Positions 30,021 through 39,772 of a DNA stretch of 60,259 nt are shown here, one piece after another. The position numbers and the translations under genes were made by a program. A model generated the notes under the pieces. It saw only the letters and a list, made by a program, of their open reading frames with translations. It was not told the DNA's origin and did not search any database. The stretch comes from Micropruina sp. (GTDB taxonomy: Bacteria > Actinomycetota > Actinomycetes > Propionibacteriales > Propionibacteriaceae), in the NCBI GenBank assembly GCA_039811845.1, contig JBDHZN010000001.1:1-60259 (forward strand), in the 5' to 3' direction. The first letter of the stretch is position 1; each line of letters begins with the position of its first letter.

Positions 30021-30619
30021 CGGACTGCCGCGGTGTCCGGATCGGCAGGCGAGCTTCCTCCGGCGGCGTGGCCATCGGCGCGCAGTAGGTCGTCCAGGCG
30101 TCGCATCAGCTGGGCGATCCGGCTCCGTCCGCCGGCGGCGACGGGGTAGCGGCTGAGCACGTCGATCAATAGTGGCGTGGCCGATCGGCGTGATCGTTCC
30201 AGTCGAGCATCAGCCAGCGCTGGGTCTCCGCCACCCGCCAACTCGCAGATGTGCGCGGCGGTGGCGGAGGTGCGCAGGATGTGGCCCACTTGGTCGGCGT
30301 CGGCGATCGGGTGCAGATAGGCGGCGGACGCGGCGTCGCCAGCGCTGCGGGCGGCGAGTCGCGCGATCTCGGACGGGGCAGATCGGGCGGCGCGGTGTGC
30401 GTCCAGTGCGGTCACCCGCTGCAGCTTCGTCCGGCCGGCCCCCTCTGCGAAGCGCCGGGCGGCCTCGATCGCTGCGCGAGGACGCGGATCGTCAGGAACC
30501 GCTGCCTCGAACACCGGCAGGACATCGATGGCGTCGGCCATGACGTAGCGCGCCACCTCTCGCAGTTCGTCCATGGTCAACTCGAAATCGCCGGAGACGT
30601 TGCTTCTGTCCGATGTCAT
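30017..30619 (-). CDS. Imm-5-like helical protein (paralogous family)
   Basis: PDDPRPRAAIEAA motif shared with the neighbour; ATGA overlap. Confidence 0.65.
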   Translation of the reverse strand: MTSDRSNVSGDFELTMDELREVARYVMADAIDVLPVFEAAVPDDPRPRAAIEAARRFAEGAGRTKLQRVTALDAHRAARSAPSEIARLAARSAGDAASAAYLHPIADADQVGHILRTSATAAHICELAGGGDPALADARLERSRRSATPLLIDVLSRYPVAAGGRSRIAQLMRRLDDLLRADGHAAGGSSPADPDTAAVR

Positions 30620-30707
30620 GTTCCTGAATCGTATCCTTGAAGATTCGGTGGAGGATTGTCCGTGAAAGTACACAGACATATCGACGAAAACCTCAACAGG
30701 AGGTCAG

Positions 30708-31415
30708 ATGCGGCCGGTGGATCTGGCTCGGCGGCACCAACTTTCGACGCAAGCCGTCCGCAACTACGAGGATGCAGGCATCCTTCCGGCGGCGCGACGA
30801 AGCCGTACGGGACACCGGCAATACGGCGAGGTGCATCTGACCGGACTGGCGGCCTATCTGGCGTTGGTCAGCGCCTACGGCCCGGCGCGGAGTCGCCAGA
30901 TCATGCAGGCGATGACCGCCGGGCGACGCGACGCCGCACTGGAACTTGTCGAGGCGGGCCAGCAGCTGCTGAGCCGTGACCGCGGCACCTTGCGCAGGGC
31001 GGAGGCGGCACTGGCCGGCCTTGACGGACTCGGCGACGACCTGGCGATACCGGCCGTCGGCACAGCATTCAGCATCGGCGAACTGGCTCGCCGCCTCGGG
31101 CTCAGCCCGGCCACTGTGCGCGCCTGGGAGCGAGTCGGCGTGCTGACTCCCGGACGGGATCCGGGCACCGGACACCGCCGGTACGGCGCCTCGGACGTTC
31201 GGGACGCCGAGCTGGCGCATCTGCTCCGTCGTGGCGGCCAACCGTTGGACGGCGTCGCTCTCGTCCTGGCCGAGTTGCGTGGTGCGGGGAGCCGACGTGC
31301 CTTGGCGGCGACCGTCGAGCAATGGCGGCACGACCTCCGGCGTCGCGGCATCGCGCAATTGCGGGCCGCGGGAAAGCTCGCCGACTACATCGAAGCCCTG
31401 GACCAGTCCGGCTGA
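30708..31415 (+). CDS. TioE-like regulator with two MerR HTH domains
   Basis: MRPVDLARRHQLSTQAVRNYE and SIGELARRLGLSPATVRAWE; RBS aggagg. Confidence 0.85.
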   Translation: MRPVDLARRHQLSTQAVRNYEDAGILPAARRSRTGHRQYGEVHLTGLAAYLALVSAYGPARSRQIMQAMTAGRRDAALELVEAGQQLLSRDRGTLRRAEAALAGLDGLGDDLAIPAVGTAFSIGELARRLGLSPATVRAWERVGVLTPGRDPGTGHRRYGASDVRDAELAHLLRRGGQPLDGVALVLAELRGAGSRRALAATVEQWRHDLRRRGIAQLRAAGKLADYIEALDQSG

Positions 31416-31437
31416 TTTCCCAGGTCTGCGAGGGCAG

Positions 31438-31872
31438 CTACGGGCAGTTCGACCACTCGGCGGTGCCGTCGGTGAACAGCTGCCGTTTCCAGATCGGCAA
31501 GCGTTCCTTGATCCGGTCGACCAGGTCGGAGCAGGCGCCGAACGCCTGGGCGCGATGGGAGGCGGACACGGCCGCCACCAGCGCCAGATCACCGATCGTC
31601 AGCGTGCCGACCCGGTGCTCGACGGCGATCGCGTGGACGCCGTCGCGTCCGGTGAACTCCGCGGCGACCTCGGCCAGCACCGCGTCCGCGCTCGGGTGGC
31701 CGACGTATTCGATGCCCGTGACGCTCCGGCCGTGATCGTGGTCGCGGACCACGCCGGTGAAGGTGACAGTGGCGCCGGCCCGGTCGTCGGACACCAGCGC
31801 GGCAAGACCGACGACGTCCAACGGTTCATCGCGGACGGCGGCTGCCGCCACCCGGGCTGGTGAGGTGGTCAT
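31438..31872 (-). CDS. moaE: Molybdopterin synthase catalytic subunit MoaE
   Basis: GATVTFTGVVRDHD, HRVG, SHR, LPIWKRQ. Confidence 0.92.
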   Translation of the reverse strand: MTTSPARVAAAAVRDEPLDVVGLAALVSDDRAGATVTFTGVVRDHDHGRSVTGIEYVGHPSADAVLAEVAAEFTGRDGVHAIAVEHRVGTLTIGDLALVAAVSASHRAQAFGACSDLVDRIKERLPIWKRQLFTDGTAEWSNCP

Positions 31873-31923
31873 CCCGGCGATTCTATGCCCGGTCACAGTG
31901 GCGATGCTGCGTAGCATCGCGGC

Positions 31924-32595
31924 ATGACAGCTGGCTCCGGAAACGCGTCCGCACGGTTCGTGGGCCGGCTGGCCGTGGTGGGTACGGTGCTCGGCACCGC
32001 GCTGATCCTCGTGCCGGCCTGGTACGTCCGCAGGGTCAGCGACGATCGGATGAAGAGCGTCGATGACGTACCTGTCCAACCGGTGGCGCTGGTGCTCGGC
32101 GCCGAGGTGTATGCCGACGGACAACCCTCGCGGTACCTGCGGGCCCGGCTGGACGTCGCTCGTGAGCTCTTCGAAGCGGGCAAGGTCGCGGCGATTCTGG
32201 TCTCCGGCGACGGCACCCGGCACTACAACGAGACCGGCGGTATGCGCGACTACCTGATCGCCCACGGGGTGCCCGCGCACCGCATCGCCGGTGACTACGC
32301 CGGCTTCGACACCTACGACTCGTGCGTGCGCGCCAGGAAGATCTTCGGTGCGACCCGGGTGATCGTGGTGAGCCAGAGCTATCACCTGCCCCGTGCGCTG
32401 ACGATCTGCCGGGCGATCGGCCTGGACGCCTGGGGCGTCGGCGACGACACCGTCCGGAGCAACCAGGAGATGTGGTCCTACGGCACCCTGCGCGAGCTCG
32501 GCGCCAACCTGAAGATGATGTGGGATCTGGTGAGTCGGCGCCAACCCGTCCTCGGTCCCCACGACGATTCGCTCGATCGGGCCTTGCAGTCCTGA
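31924..32595 (+). CDS. SanA/YdcF (DUF218) family protein
   Basis: N-terminal TM, VLGA, LVSGD, YNE, DYAGFDTYDS, QSYHLPRA. Confidence 0.88.
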   Translation: MTAGSGNASARFVGRLAVVGTVLGTALILVPAWYVRRVSDDRMKSVDDVPVQPVALVLGAEVYADGQPSRYLRARLDVARELFEAGKVAAILVSGDGTRHYNETGGMRDYLIAHGVPAHRIAGDYAGFDTYDSCVRARKIFGATRVIVVSQSYHLPRALTICRAIGLDAWGVGDDTVRSNQEMWSYGTLRELGANLKMMWDLVSRRQPVLGPHDDSLDRALQS

Positions 32596-32604
32596 ACCGG
32601 ACGC

Positions 32605-32805
32605 CGCTGGTTGAGCAGCCACCGTCGGTCGAGCTTTGCCGTTGGTCGAGCTTTGCCGTTGGTCGAGCTTGTCGAGACCTGTCTGGCGGCGTCCTCGATC
32701 TCGACAAGCTCGATCAGCGGTGGGGTCGATCAGCGGTGGGGTCGATCAGCGGGTGAGTTCCACCAGCGGTGGACCGAAAGAACCGTCCCTTCGGTCCACC
32801 AGCGA
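32605..32805. repeat. REP family A cluster with short tandem duplications
   Basis: ggtcgagctttgccgtt x2, tcgatcagcggtgggg repeats, ggtcgagcttgtcgagacc. Confidence 0.7.
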
Positions 32806-32811
32806 ACTAGT

Positions 32812-33633
32812 TCAGCGGCGGTTGAATGTCTCCGGGTTGGAACCAACCCGGTTGCCGGAGTCGACGCCGTCGATCGCGGTCATGTCGTCCGCGGACAGTT
32901 CGAAGTCGAAGATGTCCGCGTTCTCCCGCAGGCGTTCGGGGCTGGAGGCCTTCGGGAAGACGATGATGCCGCGCTGGATGTGCCAGCGCAGGATGACCTG
33001 GGCGGGCGTCCGGCCGAGTCGTCCGGCAATGCCGGCGATCACCGAGTCGTCCAGGTCGGCGCGGCGTCCGAGCGGGCTCCACGCCTCGGTGACGATGCCC
33101 AGGCTGGTGTTGAAGTCGACCAGGTCGAACTGCGCCAGGCTCGGGTGCACCTCGATCTGGTTCACCGCGGGGACGATGCTGCTGGCGTCGAGCAGTCGCT
33201 TCAGGTGCTGCTGATGGAAGTTCGAGACACCGATCGAGCGGGTCAGCCCCTGCGCCTGCAGCTGCTCCAGGCTCTGCCAGGCCTCCACGTAGGTGTCGAA
33301 CTGCGGCGTCGGCCAATGGATCAGGTACAGATCGACCTGGTCCAGGCCCAGCTTCTCCAGCGATTCGGCCAGCGCGGCCGGGGCGTCCGTCTGCCGGTTG
33401 TTCCACAGCTTGGTGGTGACGAAGATCTCGTCGCGCGGAATGCCGGATTCGGCGATCGCCTCGCCGACCTCGCGCTCGTTGCCGTAGATCGCGGCGGTGT
33501 CGATGTGCCGATAGCCGGTGGCAAGGGCGAACGCCACATGCTCCTTGGTCTCCTCCGGCGGCATCAGGAACACGCCGAGGCCGAACTGGGGAATGGGGTT
33601 GCCGTCGTTGAGGGTGATGGTGGGAACGCTCAC
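32812..33633 (-). CDS. Aldo/keto reductase (2,5-diketo-D-gluconate reductase-like)
   Basis: GYRHIDTAAIYGNE, DLYLIHWP, IGVSNF, AWSPLG. Confidence 0.93.
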   Translation of the reverse strand: MSVPTITLNDGNPIPQFGLGVFLMPPEETKEHVAFALATGYRHIDTAAIYGNEREVGEAIAESGIPRDEIFVTTKLWNNRQTDAPAALAESLEKLGLDQVDLYLIHWPTPQFDTYVEAWQSLEQLQAQGLTRSIGVSNFHQQHLKRLLDASSIVPAVNQIEVHPSLAQFDLVDFNTSLGIVTEAWSPLGRRADLDDSVIAGIAGRLGRTPAQVILRWHIQRGIIVFPKASSPERLRENADIFDFELSADDMTAIDGVDSGNRVGSNPETFNRR

Positions 33634-33672
33634 GTTGCTCCTCGATCGGGTGTGTGCGGGTCGAGGCCGAGC

Positions 33673-34578
33673 CTACGTGGCGTCCAGGATCGCCAGGCCG
33701 GCGACCGCGAGTCCGGACGCCAGCCAGCCGATCGTGACCATCGCTCGCCATCGCTCCGGACGGGTCAGCAGCTTCTGCGCCGCCATCACCACCGCCAGCG
33801 CCACCGTCGCCCACCATGGATGTCCGGCGAGCATCAGCACCACCATCGCCGGTCCGCTGACCAGCAGGCAGACGACGCCGTGCCGCAGTCCGTACTCGAC
33901 CGCCGCCGCATCGGCGGACGGGCCCGCGAAACCGACCGGCATGGTGCGGCAGCAGCCGCGCAGCGCACGCCGCTTGATCGGGGTCAGCTCCCACGCCCCG
34001 GCCGCCAGCACCAGCACCGCCACCACGGACGCGGGGACAGACCCGGGTATCACCGCTAGCAGGACGCCGGGCGCCAGCCAGGCCGCGAGATAACCGAGGG
34101 TGAACAGGGCGAGGGTGCGCTGGCGGCGGGTACGCCGGGTGTTGAAGCCGAGGTAGCGCAGATGCGGGACGGCGGTGGGCAGCATCATCGCGATCACCAT
34201 CAGCAGCCAGCTGAGCAGCTGGGTGTCGACCGAGTGCGAGTGGGCTGCGGTGCCCTCTGGGGCGTGGTGGTGGCCGGGCATCGGAGTCCCGTCGGGTGCG
34301 AACCAGTCGAGGACGAGGGCGAGGGCCACCCAGGCCACGGCGGCGAGCAACAGGGCCAACCATTCGGGGTGCTCGGCCAGCCAGCCTGGGACGCGGCCCC
34401 GGCCGAGGAACCGCCGACCATCGTCGGTCGAGCTTGTCGAGACCTCGGAGGATGAGGGCTGACAAGCGGTTTCGGCACGCTCGACGGGCAGAGGCCGGGC
34501 AGGCTCGGCGACGGTCGACGAGTAGGTCTCGACAGGCCGGACGGGCGGCTCGACGAGCTTGATCGGCAGGGCGGTCAT
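33673..34578 (-). CDS. DUF2182-like metal-binding integral membrane protein
   Basis: WLLMVIAMMLP, WELTPIKRRALRGC, His-rich loop HHH..HSH; ATGA overlap with the tyrosinase. Confidence 0.7.
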   Translation of the reverse strand: MTALPIKLVEPPVRPVETYSSTVAEPARPLPVERAETACQPSSSEVSTSSTDDGRRFLGRGRVPGWLAEHPEWLALLLAAVAWVALALVLDWFAPDGTPMPGHHHAPEGTAAHSHSVDTQLLSWLLMVIAMMLPTAVPHLRYLGFNTRRTRRQRTLALFTLGYLAAWLAPGVLLAVIPGSVPASVVAVLVLAAGAWELTPIKRRALRGCCRTMPVGFAGPSADAAAVEYGLRHGVVCLLVSGPAMVVLMLAGHPWWATVALAVVMAAQKLLTRPERWRAMVTIGWLASGLAVAGLAILDAT

Positions 34579-36002
34579 TGGATCAGTAGGGCGATGGTGC
34601 CGATCACCACCTCGGGTTCGGGCGGGGCGTCCTCGGCGATCGGATTGACCGGGGCGAGGGTGGCGCGGAACTGTTCGGCGTCCCAACGGTCCTCAGCGTC
34701 CAGGCGCTGTACGACTGCGGTGATGTCGAACTGGTAGCTGAGTTCGTGCTCGGCGTCCGGCTGTTGTGATTCGAGCAGGCCGAACAGGGGCAGCGTGCCG
34801 ACCAACACAGGCTCGCCGCTGGTGGGGTGCAGGAAGACGCCCCACTCGGCGCTGGGCAGCCGGTCGGCGCGGATGTGTTCGACCGACACCAGGAACCGCT
34901 GGGCCGCCCGGGTGGTCGGCGCGTCGGTGGGGAAGCTGACTTCGGTGGCGTCCTCGGTGAGCCGCACCGGCGTCTCGGCCGCCCCCACCCGTTGTGGCGG
35001 ACGGCGATCGCGCGGACGTTCCGGGCCACGGTCGGGAGTGGGCATCTGTCCTCCTGCGCCCGCCGAGGCGGGGATCGAGGTGTCGGTGTAGCTGTAGCCG
35101 AGGTTGACCAGGTTCAACACACTGCCGCAGGTCGGCTCGATGCGCTGGCCGGAGGCGTCCAGGAACTCGAAACTGCGGTCGACGAAACGGCTGCCGGCCG
35201 GATCGAGACCGATTCCGGTGTTGCCGCGCCAGACCTCCCACAGCCGGTCGAGGTTGGCGTGATGCAACCAGAAGATGGCGTCGCCTGCGGCCTGGTTGAA
35301 GTCGCTCATCTTGCCGGTCGGTCCGCCCACGAAGACGTGCACCGAGCCGTGCGGAGTGATCTCCAGCGGTCCGGGAATGGCGTTCGGGGCGCCGGCATGG
35401 TTGAAGCCGGTCTCGGTGCCGGCGAACGCGGGGTCGAACTGGCTCGAATAGGGAGTGGCGAAGAACCACCCGGCTGCCGTGGTCTGGGCGGGCTGCAGCC
35501 GGGCCAGCCGAGGCTCGGGTTCGCCGCGGAACCGGACGGGTGAGTTCACGCCCAGGTCGCGGGCGGCATCGAACAGTGGGTTCGGTGAGCCGTCGTCGAA
35601 GGTCGGGGTGCGGAAGGCGGGCGGCAGGGCATTGGATTCGGGACGGTCGTAGTCCCAGTAGGGGAGTGCCCAGGTGGCCTTCGTCTCGTCGTCCACCTCG
35701 TCCGATTCGGCGATGATCGACCGGCAGATCGCCTCGAATGCGTGCAGGTACATCCGATGCCAGGGCAGGAAGTACCAGCAGAAGTGCTGACAGGTGTTGC
35801 GCAGCCCGTCGTTCGGGTCGGGAAACATGCCGTGCACCTGGGTGTGGTGGCTCCACCAACGGTGCTGCGGGCCGCTGTTGCGCTTCAACTCCCGGACGGC
35901 CACCGCATAGGCGGCGATGATCGGATGCGTCGGTGCGCCCTCGGGCTGCAGCGTGTAGACGTCCTGACGAACGAGGGCTTCGGCCTGAGGCAGTGTGAGC
36001 AT
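34575..36002 (-). CDS. Tyrosinase (type-3 copper) family protein with C-terminal extension
   Basis: CuA H...CQH..FLPWHR; LPYWDY; CuB PHGSVH...DAIFWLHHANLDRLW; LGYSY; RBS ggagga. Confidence 0.9.
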   Translation of the reverse strand: MLTLPQAEALVRQDVYTLQPEGAPTHPIIAAYAVAVRELKRNSGPQHRWWSHHTQVHGMFPDPNDGLRNTCQHFCWYFLPWHRMYLHAFEAICRSIIAESDEVDDETKATWALPYWDYDRPESNALPPAFRTPTFDDGSPNPLFDAARDLGVNSPVRFRGEPEPRLARLQPAQTTAAGWFFATPYSSQFDPAFAGTETGFNHAGAPNAIPGPLEITPHGSVHVFVGGPTGKMSDFNQAAGDAIFWLHHANLDRLWEVWRGNTGIGLDPAGSRFVDRSFEFLDASGQRIEPTCGSVLNLVNLGYSYTDTSIPASAGAGGQMPTPDRGPERPRDRRPPQRVGAAETPVRLTEDATEVSFPTDAPTTRAAQRFLVSVEHIRADRLPSAEWGVFLHPTSGEPVLVGTLPLFGLLESQQPDAEHELSYQFDITAVVQRLDAEDRWDAEQFRATLAPVNPIAEDAPPEPEVVIGTIALLIQ

Positions 36003-36099
36003 GGCTCCTCCAGGGGGCGGTGTCCGTCCGATCCTGCCAAGGCCGCCGCGCCGGCAACAGGGGTAGTTCTGCCACCGACCGGGACCTATCCGCGATTCG

Positions 36100-36189
36100 T
36101 CTGATATCGACCCCAGAGTGGTGGCTGGATCGAGAGTTCTCAGCCGGAGCGGAGTCCCTCGAGACCTCGGCTCTGGGGTCGATATCAGA
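36100..36189. repeat. 19-bp perfect inverted repeat in the tyrosinase/argS divergent region
   Basis: tctgatatcgaccccagag (36100-36118) and ctctggggtcgatatcaga (36171-36189). Confidence 0.8.
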
Positions 36190-36335
36190 ACACTTTGGAC
36201 TTGCTAGCCGGATGACCCGGCGCGAAAGCCGGCCAGAACGGGGGTTGTGGCACCCGCGAGCTGATGGTGTGCCGAGCGGTCGGGCATCCACCGACGGGTG
36301 GCCCGTTTCGACAAGCCCGGCCCGGCGGCGGGAAG

Positions 36336-37979
36336 ATGGATGACGTGCTTTCCCTGCCCGTGTTGCTGACCGAACGTTTTCAGGCTGTCACCGGGGTCGA
36401 CCCGGAGCTCCGTCCGGCGACCAAGCCGCAGTTCGGGCACTTCCAGTCGAACGTGGCGCTGCGCCTGGCGAAGGCCGAGGGCAAACCGCCGCGGGAGATC
36501 GCCCAGCGGATCGTCGCCGAGGCCGACGTCGCCGACCTGTGCGAGCCGCTCGAGGTGGCCGGCCCGGGCTTCATCAACATCCGGCTGCGCAACGATGTGC
36601 TGGCCGGGGTGGTGACCGGCATCCTGCGAGACCCGGACGGCGTGATCGAGCAGACCGCGGAGCCGCAACGGGTGGTGATCGACTATTCGGCGCCCAACGT
36701 CGCCAAGCCGATGCACGTCGGCAACCTGCGTTCCACCATCATCGGGGACTGCTTCGCCCGGGTGCTGCGCGCCCAGGGTCACACGGTGATCGCCCAGAAC
36801 CACATCGGCGACTGGGGCACCCAGTTCGGCATGCTGGTCGAGCAGATCCTGTTCGAGGACATCGACGCCGACACCCTCGACCTGGCCTCCTCGGTGGCGC
36901 TCTACCGGCGCGCCCAGGAGCACTTCCGCTCCGACGAGGCTTTCGCGGACGCCGCCCGCCGCCGGGTGGTGGCGCTGCAGTCCGGGGACGAGCAGACCCG
37001 CGCCATCTGGCGCTCGTTGATCGAGGTGTCCAAGGCCGGGTTCAACGCCGCCTACCGCCGGCTCGGGGTGCTGCTCACCGACGACGACCTGGCCGGTGAG
37101 TCGATCTACAACGACCTGCTGGCCGGTGTCGCCGACGACCTGGCCGCCGCCGGCATCGCCGTGGTCGACCGGGGCGCCCTGGTGGTCTTCGTGCCTGGCG
37201 ATGAGGCGCCGCTGATCGTCCGCAAGACCGACGGCGGTTACGGCTATGCCGCCACCGACCTGGCCGCCGTCCGCTACCGGTTCGGCACGCTGGATGCCAA
37301 CCGCTGCATCTACGTGGTCGGCTCGCCCCAGGCGCACCACTTCTCGCAGGTGTTCGCGGTGTCGCGGATGGCCGGCTGGGTGCCCGAGGGTGGCGTGCTG
37401 GAGCACGTCGGCTTCGGTTCGGTGCTCGGCCCGGACGGCAAGATGTTCAAGACCCGCGACGGCAAGACCGTCACCCTCGACACGCTGCTCGACCTGGCCG
37501 AGGATGTCGCCGCGCCGGAGATCGCGATGGCGGCGGTGAAGTACGCCGACCTGTCCACCTCGTTGCACAAGGACTACGTCTTCGACGCCGACCGGATGAC
37601 GGCCACCACCGGCAACACCGGCCCCTACCTGCAGTACGCCCACGCCCGGGTGAGCGGCATCCTGCGCAAGGCCGAAGCGGAAGGCTGGGCCTCCGACGGC
37701 GTCACCGTGCTGGACGATCCGGCCGAGCAGGCCCTCGCTCTGCTGCTGTCCCGGTTCGGCGAGGTGGTCGCCGAGGTTGCGACCGGACTGCAGCCGCACA
37801 AGCTGTGCACCTACCTGTTCGACACCGCCACCGCACTGAGCACCTTCTACGAGCGCTGCCCGGTGCTGAAGAGCGAAGGTGAGGTGCGGACGTCGCGGCT
37901 AGCCATCTGCGCGGCCACCCGGACGGTGCTCGCCAAGGGACTCGACCTGCTAGGCATCGTGGCGCCCGACCGGATGTAG
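36336..37979 (+). CDS. argS: Arginine--tRNA ligase
   Basis: DYSAPNVAKPMHVGNLRS, NHIGDWGTQFG, GNTGPYLQYAHAR, C-terminal PDRM. Confidence 0.93.
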   Translation: MDDVLSLPVLLTERFQAVTGVDPELRPATKPQFGHFQSNVALRLAKAEGKPPREIAQRIVAEADVADLCEPLEVAGPGFINIRLRNDVLAGVVTGILRDPDGVIEQTAEPQRVVIDYSAPNVAKPMHVGNLRSTIIGDCFARVLRAQGHTVIAQNHIGDWGTQFGMLVEQILFEDIDADTLDLASSVALYRRAQEHFRSDEAFADAARRRVVALQSGDEQTRAIWRSLIEVSKAGFNAAYRRLGVLLTDDDLAGESIYNDLLAGVADDLAAAGIAVVDRGALVVFVPGDEAPLIVRKTDGGYGYAATDLAAVRYRFGTLDANRCIYVVGSPQAHHFSQVFAVSRMAGWVPEGGVLEHVGFGSVLGPDGKMFKTRDGKTVTLDTLLDLAEDVAAPEIAMAAVKYADLSTSLHKDYVFDADRMTATTGNTGPYLQYAHARVSGILRKAEAEGWASDGVTVLDDPAEQALALLLSRFGEVVAEVATGLQPHKLCTYLFDTATALSTFYERCPVLKSEGEVRTSRLAICAATRTVLAKGLDLLGIVAPDRM

Positions 37980-38025
37980 GGCACCCGAGGGTTGAGCTTG
38001 TCGAAACCCGGCCTGGAGGGATGAA

Positions 38026-38212
38026 GGGGTCTCGACAAGCTCGACCAGCGGTGGGAAGCTCGACCGGTAGTGGGGGTCTCGACAAGCTCGACCAGCGGTG
38101 GGAAGCTCGACCGGTAGTGGGGGTCTCGACAAGCTCGACCAGCGGTGGGAAGCTCGACCGGCAGTGGGGGTCTCGACAAGCTCGACCAGCGGTGGGGAGC
38201 TCGACTAGCGGA
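38026..38212. repeat. 47-bp tandem repeat x4 built on REP family A
   Basis: gtctcgacaagctcgaccagcggtggg at 38029, 38076, 38123 and 38170; near-identical linkers. Confidence 0.9.
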
Positions 38213-38231
38213 TGGGGGATCCGGCCGGCCG

Positions 38232-39263
38232 CTAGCCGCTGAGTTTCGGAGTGTAGGTCACCCGCTTTCCTGTGCGATCGGTATAGCCGATGGAGTGCAC
38301 CACGCGGTGCTCGGAGGAGTCGGAGAACACCTCCTGGTCGGACAGTACGAAGTACCAACTGGTGCCGTCCGGCATGGTGCCGACGGTCCACCGGGCCTTC
38401 TCGGCCGGTGTGATGGTGACCGCCGAGGCTCCGGCGGGGAGCCTGCCGACCGAGGCGCGCCGAGCGACACTCGACACGTAGATCCGCACTTCGGCGTTCG
38501 CGGGGCGCCCCCAGACATGAGAGACCCAGTAGTTGTGCGCCGGGCCGAACACGCCCCAGGTGTCGTCCTGGGCGTCGCGGTAGAGGGTGAGGGTGGTGTC
38601 GTCGATGGTCAGCCGGGCGCTGGGCAACACGCCGTGATGGGCGGCCCGAACCAAGCCGTCCGATCCCATCCAGACCAGCCGGCTGGCCTTGTTGTTGTCC
38701 TTGAGCCAGGTCGCGGTCAGCGTGAGGCCGGTCTGCAGGTCCATCCAATGCCGGACGTCACCTGGGGTCCGACCTACGGTCTGCACGGCATCTATCGCGT
38801 CCGGGATGAGTGCGATCTCGAGGTCATCGTGGACCCGAGCGGAAAAGAACTGTCCGGTCGGGGCAACGTAGCTGTACTGAGTGGTGGCAGCGGGCCGGCC
38901 CTCGATCTCGTTGGTCACGGTGATCAGTACCTGAGCGGCGGTGCTCTCGGCCCGTACGGTCACCAACTGACGGACCGCCGGATTGCCCACGTTGAAGCCG
39001 AACACGCCCGTCGTTGTGCCCGGCCGCACCATCGCGCTGGCCAACGGGGCCGGCTGAACGGTGACCGGACGCGGAGCGAGAGCGAACCAGCCCAGCAGGC
39101 CGGCCGTGGTCACGGCCGCGCACGCCGCCACCAACTGGCGAATGCTTCGCTGTCGGTGACGACGGTCGACCAGGGCGATCACGTCCATGGCCCGGGCGTT
39201 CGGGCTGGCCTCCTCGGCGAGTTCACGCAGGCCGTCACGCAGCCTGTCCTCGGCGATCCTCAT
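38232..39263 (-). CDS. Single-pass membrane protein, putative anti-sigma factor
   Basis: EDRLRDGL N-terminus, RRHRQR then TM; ATGA overlap with the ECF sigma gene. Confidence 0.7.
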   Translation of the reverse strand: MRIAEDRLRDGLRELAEEASPNARAMDVIALVDRRHRQRSIRQLVAACAAVTTAGLLGWFALAPRPVTVQPAPLASAMVRPGTTTGVFGFNVGNPAVRQLVTVRAESTAAQVLITVTNEIEGRPAATTQYSYVAPTGQFFSARVHDDLEIALIPDAIDAVQTVGRTPGDVRHWMDLQTGLTLTATWLKDNNKASRLVWMGSDGLVRAAHHGVLPSARLTIDDTTLTLYRDAQDDTWGVFGPAHNYWVSHVWGRPANAEVRIYVSSVARRASVGRLPAGASAVTITPAEKARWTVGTMPDGTSWYFVLSDQEVFSDSSEHRVVHSIGYTDRTGKRVTYTPKLSG

Positions 39264-39772
39264 GACAGGTCTCCTTCCCTCATTGGGGCGTACCGGGCGC
39301 GCATGCCGGCCAGGGCCCGCGAGCAGGCGGACTTGACCGCACCCACGCTGATGCCGAGGCATTCCGCGGTCTGCGCCTCGGTGTAGTCGTCGAAGTAGCG
39401 CAGCACGACGATGCTGCGCTGCCGCGGGGTGAGGGTGGCGAGCATGCGGGCCACCTCGTCGCGGTCGCCGACCCGATCGTGGGGCCATTCGTCGGACGGC
39501 GGATCCGCCCATTCGGCCGGAACCGGACGGCGCCGGCGCCGGTGGTCGATGCTGAGGTTGACCAGCACCCGGCGGGCATAGCCGGTCGCATCCTCCAACC
39601 GGACACGCTCCCAGGCGGCATAAGTCCTGGTCAGCGCCTCTTGGACGAGTTCATCGGCGAGATCCTGACTGCCGGTCAGCAGGTACGCCGTCCGGCCCAG
39701 ATAGGCCGACGACGACGTCACGAAGGCGGTGAACTCCGCCTCCCGGCGCGACCGTGCGCCCATCCCGACCAT
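39260..39772 (-). CDS. ECF RNA polymerase sigma factor (SigE family)
   Basis: AYLLTG..ADELVQEAL, RQRSIVVLRYFDD..AECLGISVGAVKS; RBS ggagga. Confidence 0.9.
   Translation of the reverse strand: MVGMGARSRREAEFTAFVTSSSAYLGRTAYLLTGSQDLADELVQEALTRTYAAWERVRLEDATGYARRVLVNLSIDHRRRRRPVPAEWADPPSDEWPHDRVGDRDEVARMLATLTPRQRSIVVLRYFDDYTEAQTAECLGISVGAVKSACSRALAGMRARYAPMREGDLS

Noticed and set aside
38026-38212. CRISPR-like periodic repeats
   Set aside because: Linkers are near-identical rather than unique spacers, the unit is the dispersed REP-A motif, and no cas genes are present
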